A stretch of DNA of 64,000 nt from Candidatus Thermosaccharophagus tengchongensis (GTDB lineage: Bacteria > Armatimonadota > Fervidibacteria > Fervidibacterales > Thermosaccharophagaceae), in the NCBI GenBank assembly GCA_032161105.1, contig JAVHTD010000014.1; one strand, 5' to 3'. The notes below the pieces were generated by a model. That model saw nothing but the letters and a program-made list of their open reading frames with translations, made no database searches and was not told the DNA's origin. Each line of letters begins with the position of its first letter. The stretch's first letter is position 1. This document shows, piece by piece, positions 30,686-40,637 of this stretch. The position numbers and the translations under genes were made by a program.

Positions 30686-31132
30686 TCACTCCACCTCCTC
30701 AGCCTCGGGTTGAGTGTTGCGCCAATGCCTTCCAAAGCATCTCACATAGAGCCCGGCTACGACGCCAACAGCTACGCCAACTAAGACGAATACAAGAAGG
30801 TTTTGAAGGAGCACATCAACCCTGTGCAAACCCGCATAGCCAGTCTTTGGATCAAATCTCATGCGATACTTGTGGAAGTGCCAAAGCGCGAGGTTAAGCA
30901 CACCGAGCATTCCGAGCAGTAGCCCATTACATAAACCCCAAAAGAGCTTTCTCCTTAACGCACCCCAAATTGCACCGCAGGCTAACCCGATAATTGGTGA
31001 TGCTACCGCTACGGCGAGCATCAACTTATCTGCAGCGCCTTCGCTTATTAACTCCCTCATTTGCTCTGGATGCATCTCGCTCACCATCCGGTGAAGCTGT
31101 AGCGCACACAAGGGCTTACTCATGCCGCTCAA
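30686..31132 (-). CDS. Small 3-TM membrane protein inside the ilv operon
   Basis: Three hydrophobic segments; abuts ilvN and ilvC. Start uncertain. Confidence 0.6.
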   Translation of the reverse strand: MSGMSKPLCALQLHRMVSEMHPEQMRELISEGAADKLMLAVAVASPIIGLACGAIWGALRRKLFWGLCNGLLLGMLGVLNLALWHFHKYRMRFDPKTGYAGLHRVDVLLQNLLVFVLVGVAVGVVAGLYVRCFGRHWRNTQPEAEEVE

Positions 31133-31638
31133 GTTGTCTTAGAGCCGCGAGCAAGAATTATCTTGCCCGCCCTTGCAACCTCAAGTATGCCATACGGTCG
31201 GAGCAACTCAAGCATTGCGTTTATCTTGTCCTCCGTGCCGGTTATCTCAATCATCATCGTGTCCGCACCCACATCCACGATTGAAGCACGAAATATTGTG
31301 ACGAGGTTGAGTATCTCGTTTCGTTGCTCGGGCTCACAGCTCACCTTGATGAGTGCCAGTTCACGCTCAACCACATCCTCGCCGGTGTGGTCTTGCACTT
31401 TTATCACATCAACCAACTTGTTTAGGTGCTTCGTTATTTGCTCAATTGTGGCATCGTCCCCTCCAACGACGATCGTCATCCTTGATATGGTTGGGTCATC
31501 AGTTGTGCTCACTGAGAGGCTTTCAATGTTGAAGCCGCGCCTCCGGAACAGCCCGGCAATCCTTGCGAGCACGCCGGGGCGGTTCTCAACTATCACAGAG
31601 AGCGTGTGAAGTTGTTGGCTCTTGCGCTCGCTTGCCAT
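31129..31638 (-). CDS. ilvN: Acetolactate synthase small (regulatory) subunit
   Basis: LSVIVENRPGVLARIAGLFRRRGFNIESL, VERELALIKV. Confidence 0.95.
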   Translation of the reverse strand: MASERKSQQLHTLSVIVENRPGVLARIAGLFRRRGFNIESLSVSTTDDPTISRMTIVVGGDDATIEQITKHLNKLVDVIKVQDHTGEDVVERELALIKVSCEPEQRNEILNLVTIFRASIVDVGADTMMIEITGTEDKINAMLELLRPYGILEVARAGKIILARGSKTT

Positions 31639-31672
31639 CGCAGCTCACCTCGTTGAATGCAGCGCAATGTCA

Positions 31673-33439
31673 TCAAGCAGCTGCTGCATATGCAGCTGCC
31701 AGTTGCTCAAGCAGCTTTTGCTTTCTGTGCCTCAACTGCGGTGGGAGTATGATGTCCTTTATCGTTCCGCCGGCTGGTATCATCGGGTAAACATGCTCAT
31801 CGGGGTCAATCCAACAGTCAATTATACATGGCTTGTCCTTCACTTCAAGGGCTATCTCAAGCGTTGGTTGAAGCTCCTCAGGCTTCTTAACGCTGTATCC
31901 GACAGCACCGAATGCCTCTGCCACTTTCACGAAATCCGGGTTGCCATAAAGTGATGTTGCTGAATACCTGCTCCCAAAGAAAAGGTCCTGCCATTGCTTC
32001 ACCATGCCGAGGTAGAAGTTGTTGAAGATGATCACCTTGATTGGCAGGCTATGTATCACAGCTGTGGCGAGTTCATACATCGTCATTTGGAAGCCGCCAT
32101 CGCCAACGAATGCAATTACAAGTTCATTCGGGTTGCCAAACTGTGCCCCGATGCTTGCCGGGAAACCGAAGCCCATCGTCCCAAGCCCTCCGGAGCTTAT
32201 GAATTGCCTTGGACGACTGCAAGGGTAGTATTGTGCTGCCCACATTTGGTTTTGCCCGACATCGGTCACAACGATGGCAGAGCCACCCGTTAACTTAGCC
32301 ATCACTTCAACGACATACTGCGGCTTGAGCATCTCCGATGAGCGGTCATATGTGAGCGGGTAATTTCGCTTCCAATCCATGACTTGCTCAATCCAGCTGT
32401 CATGCCTCTTAGGCTGCAAAATCTCAAGCAGCTGTTGCAGGACTAACTTCGCGTCTCCGACTATTGGCACATCCACCTTCACATTCTTCCCTATCTCGGA
32501 CGGGTCAATGTCTATGTGTATCTTCTTTGCCATCTTCGCGAACTCCTTTGGGTTGCCAGTTATTCGGTCGTCAAAGCGAGCCCCAACACATATGAGCAAG
32601 TCGCATGTGTTCAAAGCCATGTTGGCTGCCACTGTCCCATGCATGCCGCCCATTCCGAGGCAAAGCGGATGATTGTCAGGGAATGCACCCTTAGCCATGA
32701 GCGTGTAAACGACGGGTATATTGCACCGCTCGGCGAGTTCCCTTACTTCCTCTGATGCTTCCGACGCGACTACACCGCCGCCGATGTAAAGTGTCGGCTT
32801 TGTGCAGCTTGCAATCAACTCGGCTGCCCGCTTCACCATGAGTGGGTGACCCTTCAAAGTCACTTTGTAGCTTCGCAGGCTGACTTCCTTAGGTATTGGG
32901 AAGTCATCGTCAAGCTTCGTTCGGGATATGTCTCTCGGTATGTCAACGAGCACCGGTCCTTTGCGCCCTGTCCTCGCTATGTAAAATGCCTCCTTGACTA
33001 TGCGCGGCAGCTCCTCTGCGCTCATAACAAGGAAGTTGTGTTTTGTGATTGGCATTGTCACTCCAGTTGTATCCGTCTCCTGAAAGGCATCTCGCCCGAT
33101 AAACGGTGTCGCCACTTGACCCGTTATGGCGACGACAGACGACGAGTCCATCATTGCGGCAGCCAATCCAGTCACCAAGTTCGTTGAGCCAGGTCCGCTC
33201 GTCGCCATGCAGACGCCCACTTTCCCGGTTGAGCGTGCATAGCCGTCAGCTTCATGCGCTGCACCCTGTTCATGCCTCGTCAACACGAATTTGAGCTTGT
33301 CACGGTGATGATAAATGGCATCCATGATTTCCAACACAGCCCCACCCGGTATTCCAAAGATGACCTCCACACCCTCCTCTATGAGCACATGCACCAATAG
33401 TTCGGCAGCCTTAATGCCCATAGGCATAACCTCCCTCAT
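31673..33439 (-). CDS. ilvB: Acetolactate synthase large subunit
   Basis: FGIPGG, RHEQGA, TSGPG, DAFQE, GMGGMHG, GDGGFQM...NN-x-x-LGMVKQWQ. Confidence 0.96.
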   Translation of the reverse strand: MREVMPMGIKAAELLVHVLIEEGVEVIFGIPGGAVLEIMDAIYHHRDKLKFVLTRHEQGAAHEADGYARSTGKVGVCMATSGPGSTNLVTGLAAAMMDSSSVVAITGQVATPFIGRDAFQETDTTGVTMPITKHNFLVMSAEELPRIVKEAFYIARTGRKGPVLVDIPRDISRTKLDDDFPIPKEVSLRSYKVTLKGHPLMVKRAAELIASCTKPTLYIGGGVVASEASEEVRELAERCNIPVVYTLMAKGAFPDNHPLCLGMGGMHGTVAANMALNTCDLLICVGARFDDRITGNPKEFAKMAKKIHIDIDPSEIGKNVKVDVPIVGDAKLVLQQLLEILQPKRHDSWIEQVMDWKRNYPLTYDRSSEMLKPQYVVEVMAKLTGGSAIVVTDVGQNQMWAAQYYPCSRPRQFISSGGLGTMGFGFPASIGAQFGNPNELVIAFVGDGGFQMTMYELATAVIHSLPIKVIIFNNFYLGMVKQWQDLFFGSRYSATSLYGNPDFVKVAEAFGAVGYSVKKPEELQPTLEIALEVKDKPCIIDCWIDPDEHVYPMIPAGGTIKDIILPPQLRHRKQKLLEQLAAAYAAAA

Positions 33440-33492
33440 GGGTAGAGTTGGGTGAGTTGAGTTGCCGATGGGGTTTGTAATGGGATGCTCTC

Positions 33493-33652
33493 TTCTCCGC
33501 CCGCTTTACGCGGGCAGGAGAACAACTAACAGGGGCAAGGTGCAAATGGCTAACGAAGCGAAGTTGCAGCAGCAACCTACTAAACACGATTCGGGTAGCC
33601 AGCCAAATAAACTGCCGTCCCATCTAACCGATTCAATCCGGCGCCGCTTCAT
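33493..33652 (-). promoter_or_regulatory. Candidate ilv leader peptide plus hairpin (attenuator-like)
   Basis: Short ORF ending LAICTLPLLVVLLPA*; its stop codon sits in the loop of the hairpin ttctcc-t-gcccgc-gtaaa-gcgggc-ggagaa (minus strand), ~55 nt before ilvB. Confidence 0.45.
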
Positions 33653-33686
33653 CAGTTCATCCCTCACTGATGCTTGTGCGAAGGGT

Positions 33687-33926
33687 TCACTCAATTACTT
33701 GGCGCTCAATCGGATCAACCCCAACGCCCTTTCGCTTTAAGCTTTCCACAGCACGCTCAATCTCTTCCTCGTCGCCCTCAATCTCCAAGTCAACCCATCC
33801 GCCATCCTGATCAACATTGGCTCGCCTTATATTCGTGATCACATTGAACTCCTTGCCCAAGTAGTAGATGATTGGCTCCGTCACGAGCTCCTTAGGGAAT
33901 GTGAGATGGTATCGGTGAACCGCCAT
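33687..33926 (-). CDS. Stand-alone NIL domain protein
   Basis: LTFP...EPIIY...NIRRANV...GWVDLEIEG...GVGV, the typical NIL-fold signature. Confidence 0.85.
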   Translation of the reverse strand: MAVHRYHLTFPKELVTEPIIYYLGKEFNVITNIRRANVDQDGGWVDLEIEGDEEEIERAVESLKRKGVGVDPIERQVIE

Positions 33927-34031
33927 TACGGCTTCACCCCGTAGCAGCTCTTTGCTACAAAGTATAGCGCACCTTTGCTCCCCCGTTATGGCAGCTCAGC
34001 CGTCCCTCACCCAGTCATCTCAAGTGATGCA

Positions 34032-35270
34032 TCAGCTTTCCAATCCCCGCAGGGCTTCCTCAAATGCCTTTAGCCTCGGCTGTATGCGTATGGGTTCTCT
34101 AAGTGATTCGCTCACCACCTCAGATGTCTTTATCCCAGCGCCAGTCACGAGAGCTACTGTCAGATCGTCTCGCTTGACGATGCCTTGCTGGACGAGCTTC
34201 CTCAAGGCAGCAATAGTGACACCGCCGGCTGTCTCAGCCCATACCCCTTCAGTCTCCGCCAATAGCTTTATCGCCTCAACGACCTCCTCATCAGTGACCT
34301 CTTCAGCCACGCCGCCGCTCTCTCTGATAGCGCGCAATGCATAAACTCCATCCGCCGGATTGCCTATGGCGAGCGACTTAACTATTGTGTTTGGCTTGAC
34401 CGGCTTTGGCATGCTCGCACCCGATTTAAAGGCATTCACAACCGGAGCGCATCCCGATGGCTGTGCTGCGTGCACCTTTGTCGGCACGGAATTAATCAGA
34501 CCGATACGATGGCACTCCTTTATCCCCTTCCAGACTTTCACGAGAAGCGAACCTGAGGCGACCGGAGCGACGATATGGTCTGGGGCTTTCCAACCGAGTT
34601 GCTCAAGCACTTCAAGAACTATCGTCTTGCTGCCCTCGCTGTAGTATGGGCGTATGTTGATGTTCACGAATGCCCACCTGAACTTTGATGCGACTTCAAC
34701 GCAAAGCCTGTTCACATCGTCATAGTTACCCTCAACTGCAACGAGCTGCGGACCGTAAACAAGCGAGCCAACCACCTTGTTCAGCTCAATGTCGGCTGGC
34801 ACGAACACGAAGCAGCGCATGCCAACTTTCGCAGCGTGAGCGGCGAGAGCGTTCGCCAGGTTGCCGGTTGATGCGCACGCAACTGTGTCAAATCCGAATT
34901 CCCTCGCCTTCGTCACAGCAACTGATACAACCCTATCCTTGAATGACCATGTCGGGTTGACGGTATCGTTCTTGATGTATAGGTTGCGCAATCCAAGCCT
35001 CTCTCCCAGCCTGCGCGCTTTTATCAACGGCGTGAATCCGCCCCCCAAATCAACGCATTCATGTGGCGGTGAATCAACGGGCAACAGTTCGTAGTAGCGC
35101 CACAGGCTCGCTGGACCTTTTGCAATCTTCTCCGGGGTGACAACCTCTGAGAGGGCATCGTAGTCGTATTCCACTTCAAGAGGTCCAAAGCAATATTCGC
35201 AAACATGGAGCGGCTCAATCGGGTATTCGCTGCCGCATTCACGGCACCTGAGTGACTTGATGCGCTTCAT
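34032..35270 (-). CDS. thrC: Threonine synthase-like PLP enzyme
   Basis: LRCRECG...CEYCFGPL, NPTWSFKDR, CASTGN, PVASG; start MKRIKS at 35270. Confidence 0.85.
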   Translation of the reverse strand: MKRIKSLRCRECGSEYPIEPLHVCEYCFGPLEVEYDYDALSEVVTPEKIAKGPASLWRYYELLPVDSPPHECVDLGGGFTPLIKARRLGERLGLRNLYIKNDTVNPTWSFKDRVVSVAVTKAREFGFDTVACASTGNLANALAAHAAKVGMRCFVFVPADIELNKVVGSLVYGPQLVAVEGNYDDVNRLCVEVASKFRWAFVNINIRPYYSEGSKTIVLEVLEQLGWKAPDHIVAPVASGSLLVKVWKGIKECHRIGLINSVPTKVHAAQPSGCAPVVNAFKSGASMPKPVKPNTIVKSLAIGNPADGVYALRAIRESGGVAEEVTDEEVVEAIKLLAETEGVWAETAGGVTIAALRKLVQQGIVKRDDLTVALVTGAGIKTSEVVSESLREPIRIQPRLKAFEEALRGLES

Positions 35271-35524
35271 CTGGCATCTCTCCCTCAGGTTTATGTTGCT
35301 TAATCCGATGCCACTGACGCCGTTAAGGGCGCGCAATCTCGTTCTAACTCCGTTAACGGGAACGACGCCAACGCTATGCGCCTGCAAAGCAGTGATGAAC
35401 ATTTACAGTCTCGCCGCGAGTTCGGTTATGTGATATTGTAACTGACCTTACACCTTTGTGCCATGCAGTTTCATTCAAGCGCATTAGCGGGGCAAGCCCA
35501 ATGGCACAGCCACTTTGCCCGTGA

Positions 35525-36397
35525 TTACATGGGCGCTTTCATCCCATACCCGTTGAGCGAATGCTTGCATTGGCAATCGCTGCTTTCGTATCGCTCAATT
35601 GCTGCAGCAACTACGGGAAAAAGCCTATCGGCGGCTTGCTTCATCACTTCCACAACTTCAGAGTGCGATGGATGGGCATCCAAAACGCCGGCGGCGTAAT
35701 TCGTAACTACACAAACAAGCGCATAACATGTTTCAGCCTCCCTTGCGAGTGTTGCCTCAGTGGCTGCAGTCATGCCGACGACATCGCCGCCGAGGATCCT
35801 CATGGCTTTCACTTCCGCCGCTGTCTCGTATCTCGGTCCGTCGGTGCAAAAGTAGCAACCGCCATCTCTCACGCTGATGCCGACACACTTGGCTGCGTTA
35901 ATGATCAGCTTGCGCAAGCGTTCGCAGTATGGCTGTGTCATGTCCACATGGACAGCTGCGGCACATTCGTCAAAGAATGTGAACGGACGCTGCCTCGTCC
36001 AATCAACGAATTGGTCCGGGATGACGATCTCGCCGATGCCCAATCCGTCATGTAATGCCCCAACTGCAGCAGTGGCAATGATGCCATCCACTTGAAGGAG
36101 CCTCATTGCAGCTATGTTTGCCCTGTAGTTGATCAGGTGTGGCGGCAGGCGGTGTCCAAAACCATGCCGTGGCAGGATGAAAATTTCAACCTCGTCACCG
36201 CTGCGTGGGCGCCGATACTGCGCCCGCAGTAGCTTGACATCGCCATAGCGAGTGCCCATCGCCACCTCTTTCACTTCACACAATGCGTTCCGAAATTGCC
36301 ATGGGAGTTCATCAACGCCAGTGCCTGTGATTATGCCTATGCGCAACGGTGAGCCACCATAGCTCAAAAGTCCCACCCCTGCATTGCGCACAACCAC
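35525..36397 (-). CDS. mtnP: MTAP/MTI-type purine nucleoside phosphorylase
   Basis: IGIITGTG, PRHG...PPH-x-INYRAN, PDQFVD, GPRYETAAE, VVGMT, VTNYAAG; start uncertain. Confidence 0.85.
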   Translation of the reverse strand: MVVRNAGVGLLSYGGSPLRIGIITGTGVDELPWQFRNALCEVKEVAMGTRYGDVKLLRAQYRRPRSGDEVEIFILPRHGFGHRLPPHLINYRANIAAMRLLQVDGIIATAAVGALHDGLGIGEIVIPDQFVDWTRQRPFTFFDECAAAVHVDMTQPYCERLRKLIINAAKCVGISVRDGGCYFCTDGPRYETAAEVKAMRILGGDVVGMTAATEATLAREAETCYALVCVVTNYAAGVLDAHPSHSEVVEVMKQAADRLFPVVAAAIERYESSDCQCKHSLNGYGMKAPM

Positions 36398-37143
36398 AAC
36401 CTGTGCGCCATTTCGTTATACGCGAACTCCATGAGCGGTTTCAGGTTGACCGTGTCGGCTTTGTTGTATTTGATGAGCAAAGCCAAGGCATCCTCATCGC
36501 CATAACGCTCATACTCGTTCCATAGCCTCACGGCATCCCACCCGCACAACCCTTCAATCTCTTGCTCCCTCACTATGCCAAGTTGCCTCTCAACCGCCTT
36601 CAAGCCACCTTTGTATCCGAGCCGCCTCATCAAGTAACACAGGTCAATGTGGATTGGCGGTATGTGTATGTTCGGAAAACGCCTCCTCAGGAATGGAATG
36701 TCAAATCGTGAGCCATAAAATGTCACTACGATTGCTTTGCCGTGGAGTTCCCCAACCATGTCCGACATGTTATAGCCTCGGATGAAGGCTTTGTAGCGGC
36801 GTCCGTCGTATATTCCGACAACGGTGACATGGTCATCCTTCCCCATGCCCGTTGTCTCAATGTCAAGGAAGATGGTGCTGTCTCGAAAATCTTGATAACA
36901 GCGCCAGTATTGCTCCCTCGGGAGCTTGTCCGCAAAGAAGTCGGCATCTCTTTCTGCGAGCGCTGTTATTGAGCCCTTAATCAACCTCTTCCAATCATCC
37001 GGCACATGCTGCAATTTCCCGCGTTTACACTCCTGTAACCACTTCTCCCATGAGGTGATGCCCATTCTCCACCAAGCTCTCTCCCTCTTCTCTCCCACGC
37101 CGGGTAAGTGGATGAATGTGGCTGTGAGTAGCTTTTTAAACAT
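36364..37143 (-). CDS. YprB-like RNase H-fold (RNase_H_2) exonuclease
   Basis: TFIHLPGVG, FLDIETTG, TFYGSRFDIPFL, GGLKAVE, YNKAD. Confidence 0.85.
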   Translation of the reverse strand: MFKKLLTATFIHLPGVGEKRERAWWRMGITSWEKWLQECKRGKLQHVPDDWKRLIKGSITALAERDADFFADKLPREQYWRCYQDFRDSTIFLDIETTGMGKDDHVTVVGIYDGRRYKAFIRGYNMSDMVGELHGKAIVVTFYGSRFDIPFLRRRFPNIHIPPIHIDLCYLMRRLGYKGGLKAVERQLGIVREQEIEGLCGWDAVRLWNEYERYGDEDALALLIKYNKADTVNLKPLMEFAYNEMAHRLWLCAMQGWDF

Positions 37144-37245
37144 CGCAACCACCGCCTGCGATATCTTCTGCCAATTCTTGAGAGGCACTGTCCACTCCTT
37201 CTCGGCTTCAACGAGCGGATAGGCTAACACGGTTAGATGGGTGTC

Positions 37246-38697
37246 TCATCGCTTCCTCAGACGCCTTGCTTTCTTTTGGCGCTTGCGTTCCTCAAGTATC
37301 TTCTTGATCGCCATCCTCGCGGCGCGCTTGACTTCCTTTCGCTCCTTGAAGCGCCACCACCTTGCCAAACGCTTCAAGTGGGGGAGTGCCTTTGGGTCTT
37401 TTATCTCTCCGAGAGCCTTTGCAGCCCTCGCCCTTACATTGTGGTCCGGGCTTTTGAGATCAAGCAGGAGTTGAGCAACGGTATGCGTATCAGCTACCTT
37501 GCCGAGGATCCGAATTGCTGCCTCTACAGCCCTCTCATCCCTGCTCGTGCGCAGCAAAGTCAACATCGCTTCAATGACTGGCTTTCCAATTTCGGCGAGG
37601 GCGTCCTCGGCGGCTTTTCTCACCTCTTCATCCCAGTCGCCTAACGCCTTTACAAGCTCCGGTATGGCACGTGGGTCTTTGAGCAACTTGAGCGCCTTCA
37701 CAGCAGCCCTGCGCACATACCAAACTTCATCTCCAAGTAGCGATGTTAGCGGCTCAACCGTTCCTTTGCCGCCAATCTTTGCGAGTGCCTCCGCTGCCGA
37801 AGCCCTGACTTCCCATTCGGTGTCTTTCGTTGCCTCAATTAAACCATCAATTGAGCGTATGTCGGGAAGGACTTTCAATGCCTCAATTGCGTTAATCCTT
37901 ACCTCCTTCTCGTTTGCCTTGAGCGCGCGAAGGAATGTCGGTAGCAGGCGCTTCTCTTTCCGCTCGCTCAGTTGCTCTATCGCCCCATCAACACCGGAGA
38001 GGACATCTGAGGCGAGCTTGACCAAGTCACCATAGCCCAGTTGCTCAAGCGCCCTCTCCGCAGCCTTCCTTACCCTCTCTTCGGGATCCCCCATAGCCCT
38101 TATCAAGGCTTCAATTGCGTCCGGCTCATCCTTGAAGCGAGCCAATACGCTTACGGCGACCATCTTCGGTCCGACTCTCGGGTGGTCAAGGGCTTTGATG
38201 ACTGCATCCAGAGCTTCCTTCCCGATGCCTTCCAACGCTTGTCCGGCAGCAGTCCGCACATCCCAAGAGCTGTCCTCCATAGCTTCAATGAGCGCTTCAA
38301 CTGAGCGCGGGTCACGAATGTATCCGAGGGCTTCAATGGCGAGATGACGAACCTCTGCTTCCCTGTCCTTTGCCGCTGTGATTAGGGCATCAACTGCAGC
38401 GCTGCCGAGACGAATGAGTGCAGCCTGAGCTGCATTGCGCACATCCCACGATTCATCCCTTAAAGCCTCAATCAGCGGCTCAACCGCCCTTGCATCTCCG
38501 ATCCAGCCGAGCGCCGATGCTGCAGCACTCCTTGCAGCATCGGATTCATCTGAGCGGAGCATTTCAATCAGTGGCTCAACTGCGCGGTGCTCCTTCATCC
38601 TGCCAAGCTCATATGCCGCCGAGGAGCGCAAAGTCCAATCCGGATGCTTAAGTTGGTCAAGCAATCGTTCAACTTGGCTCACATCCATTTCGTCCAT
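37246..38697 (-). CDS. HEAT-repeat protein
   Basis: Repeated AVEPLIEAL-x-D-x-x-W-x-VR-x-AA units; basic C-terminus. Confidence 0.88.
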   Translation of the reverse strand: MDEMDVSQVERLLDQLKHPDWTLRSSAAYELGRMKEHRAVEPLIEMLRSDESDAARSAAASALGWIGDARAVEPLIEALRDESWDVRNAAQAALIRLGSAAVDALITAAKDREAEVRHLAIEALGYIRDPRSVEALIEAMEDSSWDVRTAAGQALEGIGKEALDAVIKALDHPRVGPKMVAVSVLARFKDEPDAIEALIRAMGDPEERVRKAAERALEQLGYGDLVKLASDVLSGVDGAIEQLSERKEKRLLPTFLRALKANEKEVRINAIEALKVLPDIRSIDGLIEATKDTEWEVRASAAEALAKIGGKGTVEPLTSLLGDEVWYVRRAAVKALKLLKDPRAIPELVKALGDWDEEVRKAAEDALAEIGKPVIEAMLTLLRTSRDERAVEAAIRILGKVADTHTVAQLLLDLKSPDHNVRARAAKALGEIKDPKALPHLKRLARWWRFKERKEVKRAARMAIKKILEERKRQKKARRLRKR

Positions 38698-38813
38698 TTC
38701 GGTTGCCCCCACAAACCGCTTGAGTATGCGCGCTTTTTGTTGCAAGCGCCGTCAAGTTTCAAGTTTAGCGCAAAGCCCTTTGAGACACCTGCAATGTGAT
38801 TTCTCTGTCGCGC

Positions 38814-39266
38814 TCATTTCGGCATGAGCCTTTTGAGTGAGCTTGAAAGCACATCAAGCGCTATGTGGAGTGTGTCAGCTATAAGCATCCCGATGATGAA
38901 GCTTAGAGCGTGTCTCGGCAATGCCCCATGAAATGCCAACCTGATATTAACACCGCATGCGATGAGAAATATCAACACCACCATGCAAAGGATGCATAGA
39001 TATGCCGTCCGAAGAATCAATCCGAGGACGGGCACATGAGATATGCGCCTGTGAGCGGCAACCTTCGCGTATGGCAACCATAAGACGCGAAGCAATCCCC
39101 ATCTCGCTGCAGCCCTTGACTTGCTCAAGTCAAGGTCTGGCGAGAAAAACATCGTCCCAACAATGTATCCCATTGCCAAAGGAAGCGGCTCAAGCGGCTT
39201 CGGAGTGAGGATGGCAAGCGGAAGCAATGCTAAGTTGAAAGCATCATGCACCTTTCCAGATGGCAT
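38814..39266 (-). CDS. DUF2227 family putative metal-binding membrane protein
   Basis: MPSGKVHD, FFSPDLD, RWG...WLPY, HRRISH, H-x-x-x-D. Confidence 0.8.
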   Translation of the reverse strand: MPSGKVHDAFNLALLPLAILTPKPLEPLPLAMGYIVGTMFFSPDLDLSKSRAAARWGLLRVLWLPYAKVAAHRRISHVPVLGLILRTAYLCILCMVVLIFLIACGVNIRLAFHGALPRHALSFIIGMLIADTLHIALDVLSSSLKRLMPK

Positions 39267-39293
39267 TCCCTTTTCATTTCCCCCGTCGCTCCA

Positions 39294-40637
39294 TCATGCG
39301 TTCCACAACTCCTGCCAGATGGGCAACAGCGAATCAAATGTCAGTTGGAAGTAGCCGGCGAACTCGGGTTGGTATGTTAGCCAGAGCCCAGCTACAACAT
39401 CATCGCTGAGGCGCATGTTTTCAATTGGCACAATAATGCTGTTGGGTTCGCTGAAGCGGAAGTGCTGTGGGGCATCTGCCAGTTCAATGGCTATTGAGCC
39501 CCTGTATGGGCGCTTGTCGGGGTTGCTCAGGTGCATGTGCATTCGGACAAGTTCCCTATCGCCGCCATACTTAGCCACCTCTGCCTCAATCAACTCCGCA
39601 CTAAAGCGAGGATGCTTGAACACGAATGGAAGCATGTATTCAATCCTGATGAGCATTGTGTTGCTCACTCTCGCCTGCCATACTTCAAGGAATTCCCCTG
39701 CATGCGCAAATATGAATTTGAGCGCCACATCAAGCTCCTCATGCGTGTATCGGCGCAATTCAAGCATTGGCAATTCCGTCCAATCAATGGCGCTTATATC
39801 CTCCTCAGCGAGGAAAACGGCGCTCGGCTCACTGAATGCCGCCGGCTCATGAAAGCATCTCAGGAACCTATCCCAAATGCCGCCACGCAGTTCATGCGCT
39901 ATTGTTATGAGCAGGTCAAATGCCCCGACATCAAATCCAAGCCATCCAACGACATACTCGCTTTCAAGCATCACCTTGATGAAGTTTGGTATGTGCCAAG
40001 CGCTCGGCAAACGCAATGGCAGCTTGTCGGGCATTTGAGCTATACCGCGCTTCGGGAGTTCAAGCAAACCGTGTGTTATCAGGATGGCTTGGATGAATGG
40101 GTTTGTGTAATCGCAGTTGCTCCCCTTCACAATCGCATTTGTTGTTTGCCTCAGGCGTTCCCTGACCTCGTTCTCATCAATGACATCCAATTTTATGCCG
40201 TGCTCGCCCTTCAATATCTCACAGACACTCGGCAGGACAAGCTCAAGTTTCTCCGGAGGCGCACCAAAGTGCCAAACCTCAAACCTCTGCATGCGCAGGG
40301 AGTTTGACCACTTTCGCTTGAGCGTCACATATCGCTGGACAAGCTTCCTGCGCATGGTCGTGTGTTTCATCTCCCTTGGATAGTGAGAGAACTTTTCGGA
40401 TAGGTCTACAAACACGATCAGCTCATCGTTGCGGCACCCAATTAGGTCAACATCAAAATCCCGCCCATCAAAGGCGTTCACTTGGTATAGCACCTTATCG
40501 CACCCGACTATGCATGTGAGATAGGCAGCAGTCGCGTGTTGCTTCATTTCGTAATAGCGCACCGCAACTTCACCAACCCTATAGCGAGTTTTGTATTGCC
40601 CGCCACAGTGAGCTGAGGTTTGGCACGCCGTAGCCAT
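39294..40637 (-). CDS. Hypothetical protein with N-terminal restriction-endonuclease-like (PD-(D/E)xK-type) domain
   Basis: AYL...GCD-x-VLY...DVDLIG...FVDL...FEVW...NPF; unknown C-terminal half. Start probably ~40562 or 40548. Confidence 0.5.
   Translation of the reverse strand: MATACQTSAHCGGQYKTRYRVGEVAVRYYEMKQHATAAYLTCIVGCDKVLYQVNAFDGRDFDVDLIGCRNDELIVFVDLSEKFSHYPREMKHTTMRRKLVQRYVTLKRKWSNSLRMQRFEVWHFGAPPEKLELVLPSVCEILKGEHGIKLDVIDENEVRERLRQTTNAIVKGSNCDYTNPFIQAILITHGLLELPKRGIAQMPDKLPLRLPSAWHIPNFIKVMLESEYVVGWLGFDVGAFDLLITIAHELRGGIWDRFLRCFHEPAAFSEPSAVFLAEEDISAIDWTELPMLELRRYTHEELDVALKFIFAHAGEFLEVWQARVSNTMLIRIEYMLPFVFKHPRFSAELIEAEVAKYGGDRELVRMHMHLSNPDKRPYRGSIAIELADAPQHFRFSEPNSIIVPIENMRLSDDVVAGLWLTYQPEFAGYFQLTFDSLLPIWQELWNA

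Noticed and set aside
35271..35524. SAM riboswitch upstream of the thrC-like gene
   Set aside because: No recognisable SAM-I core sequence was found.
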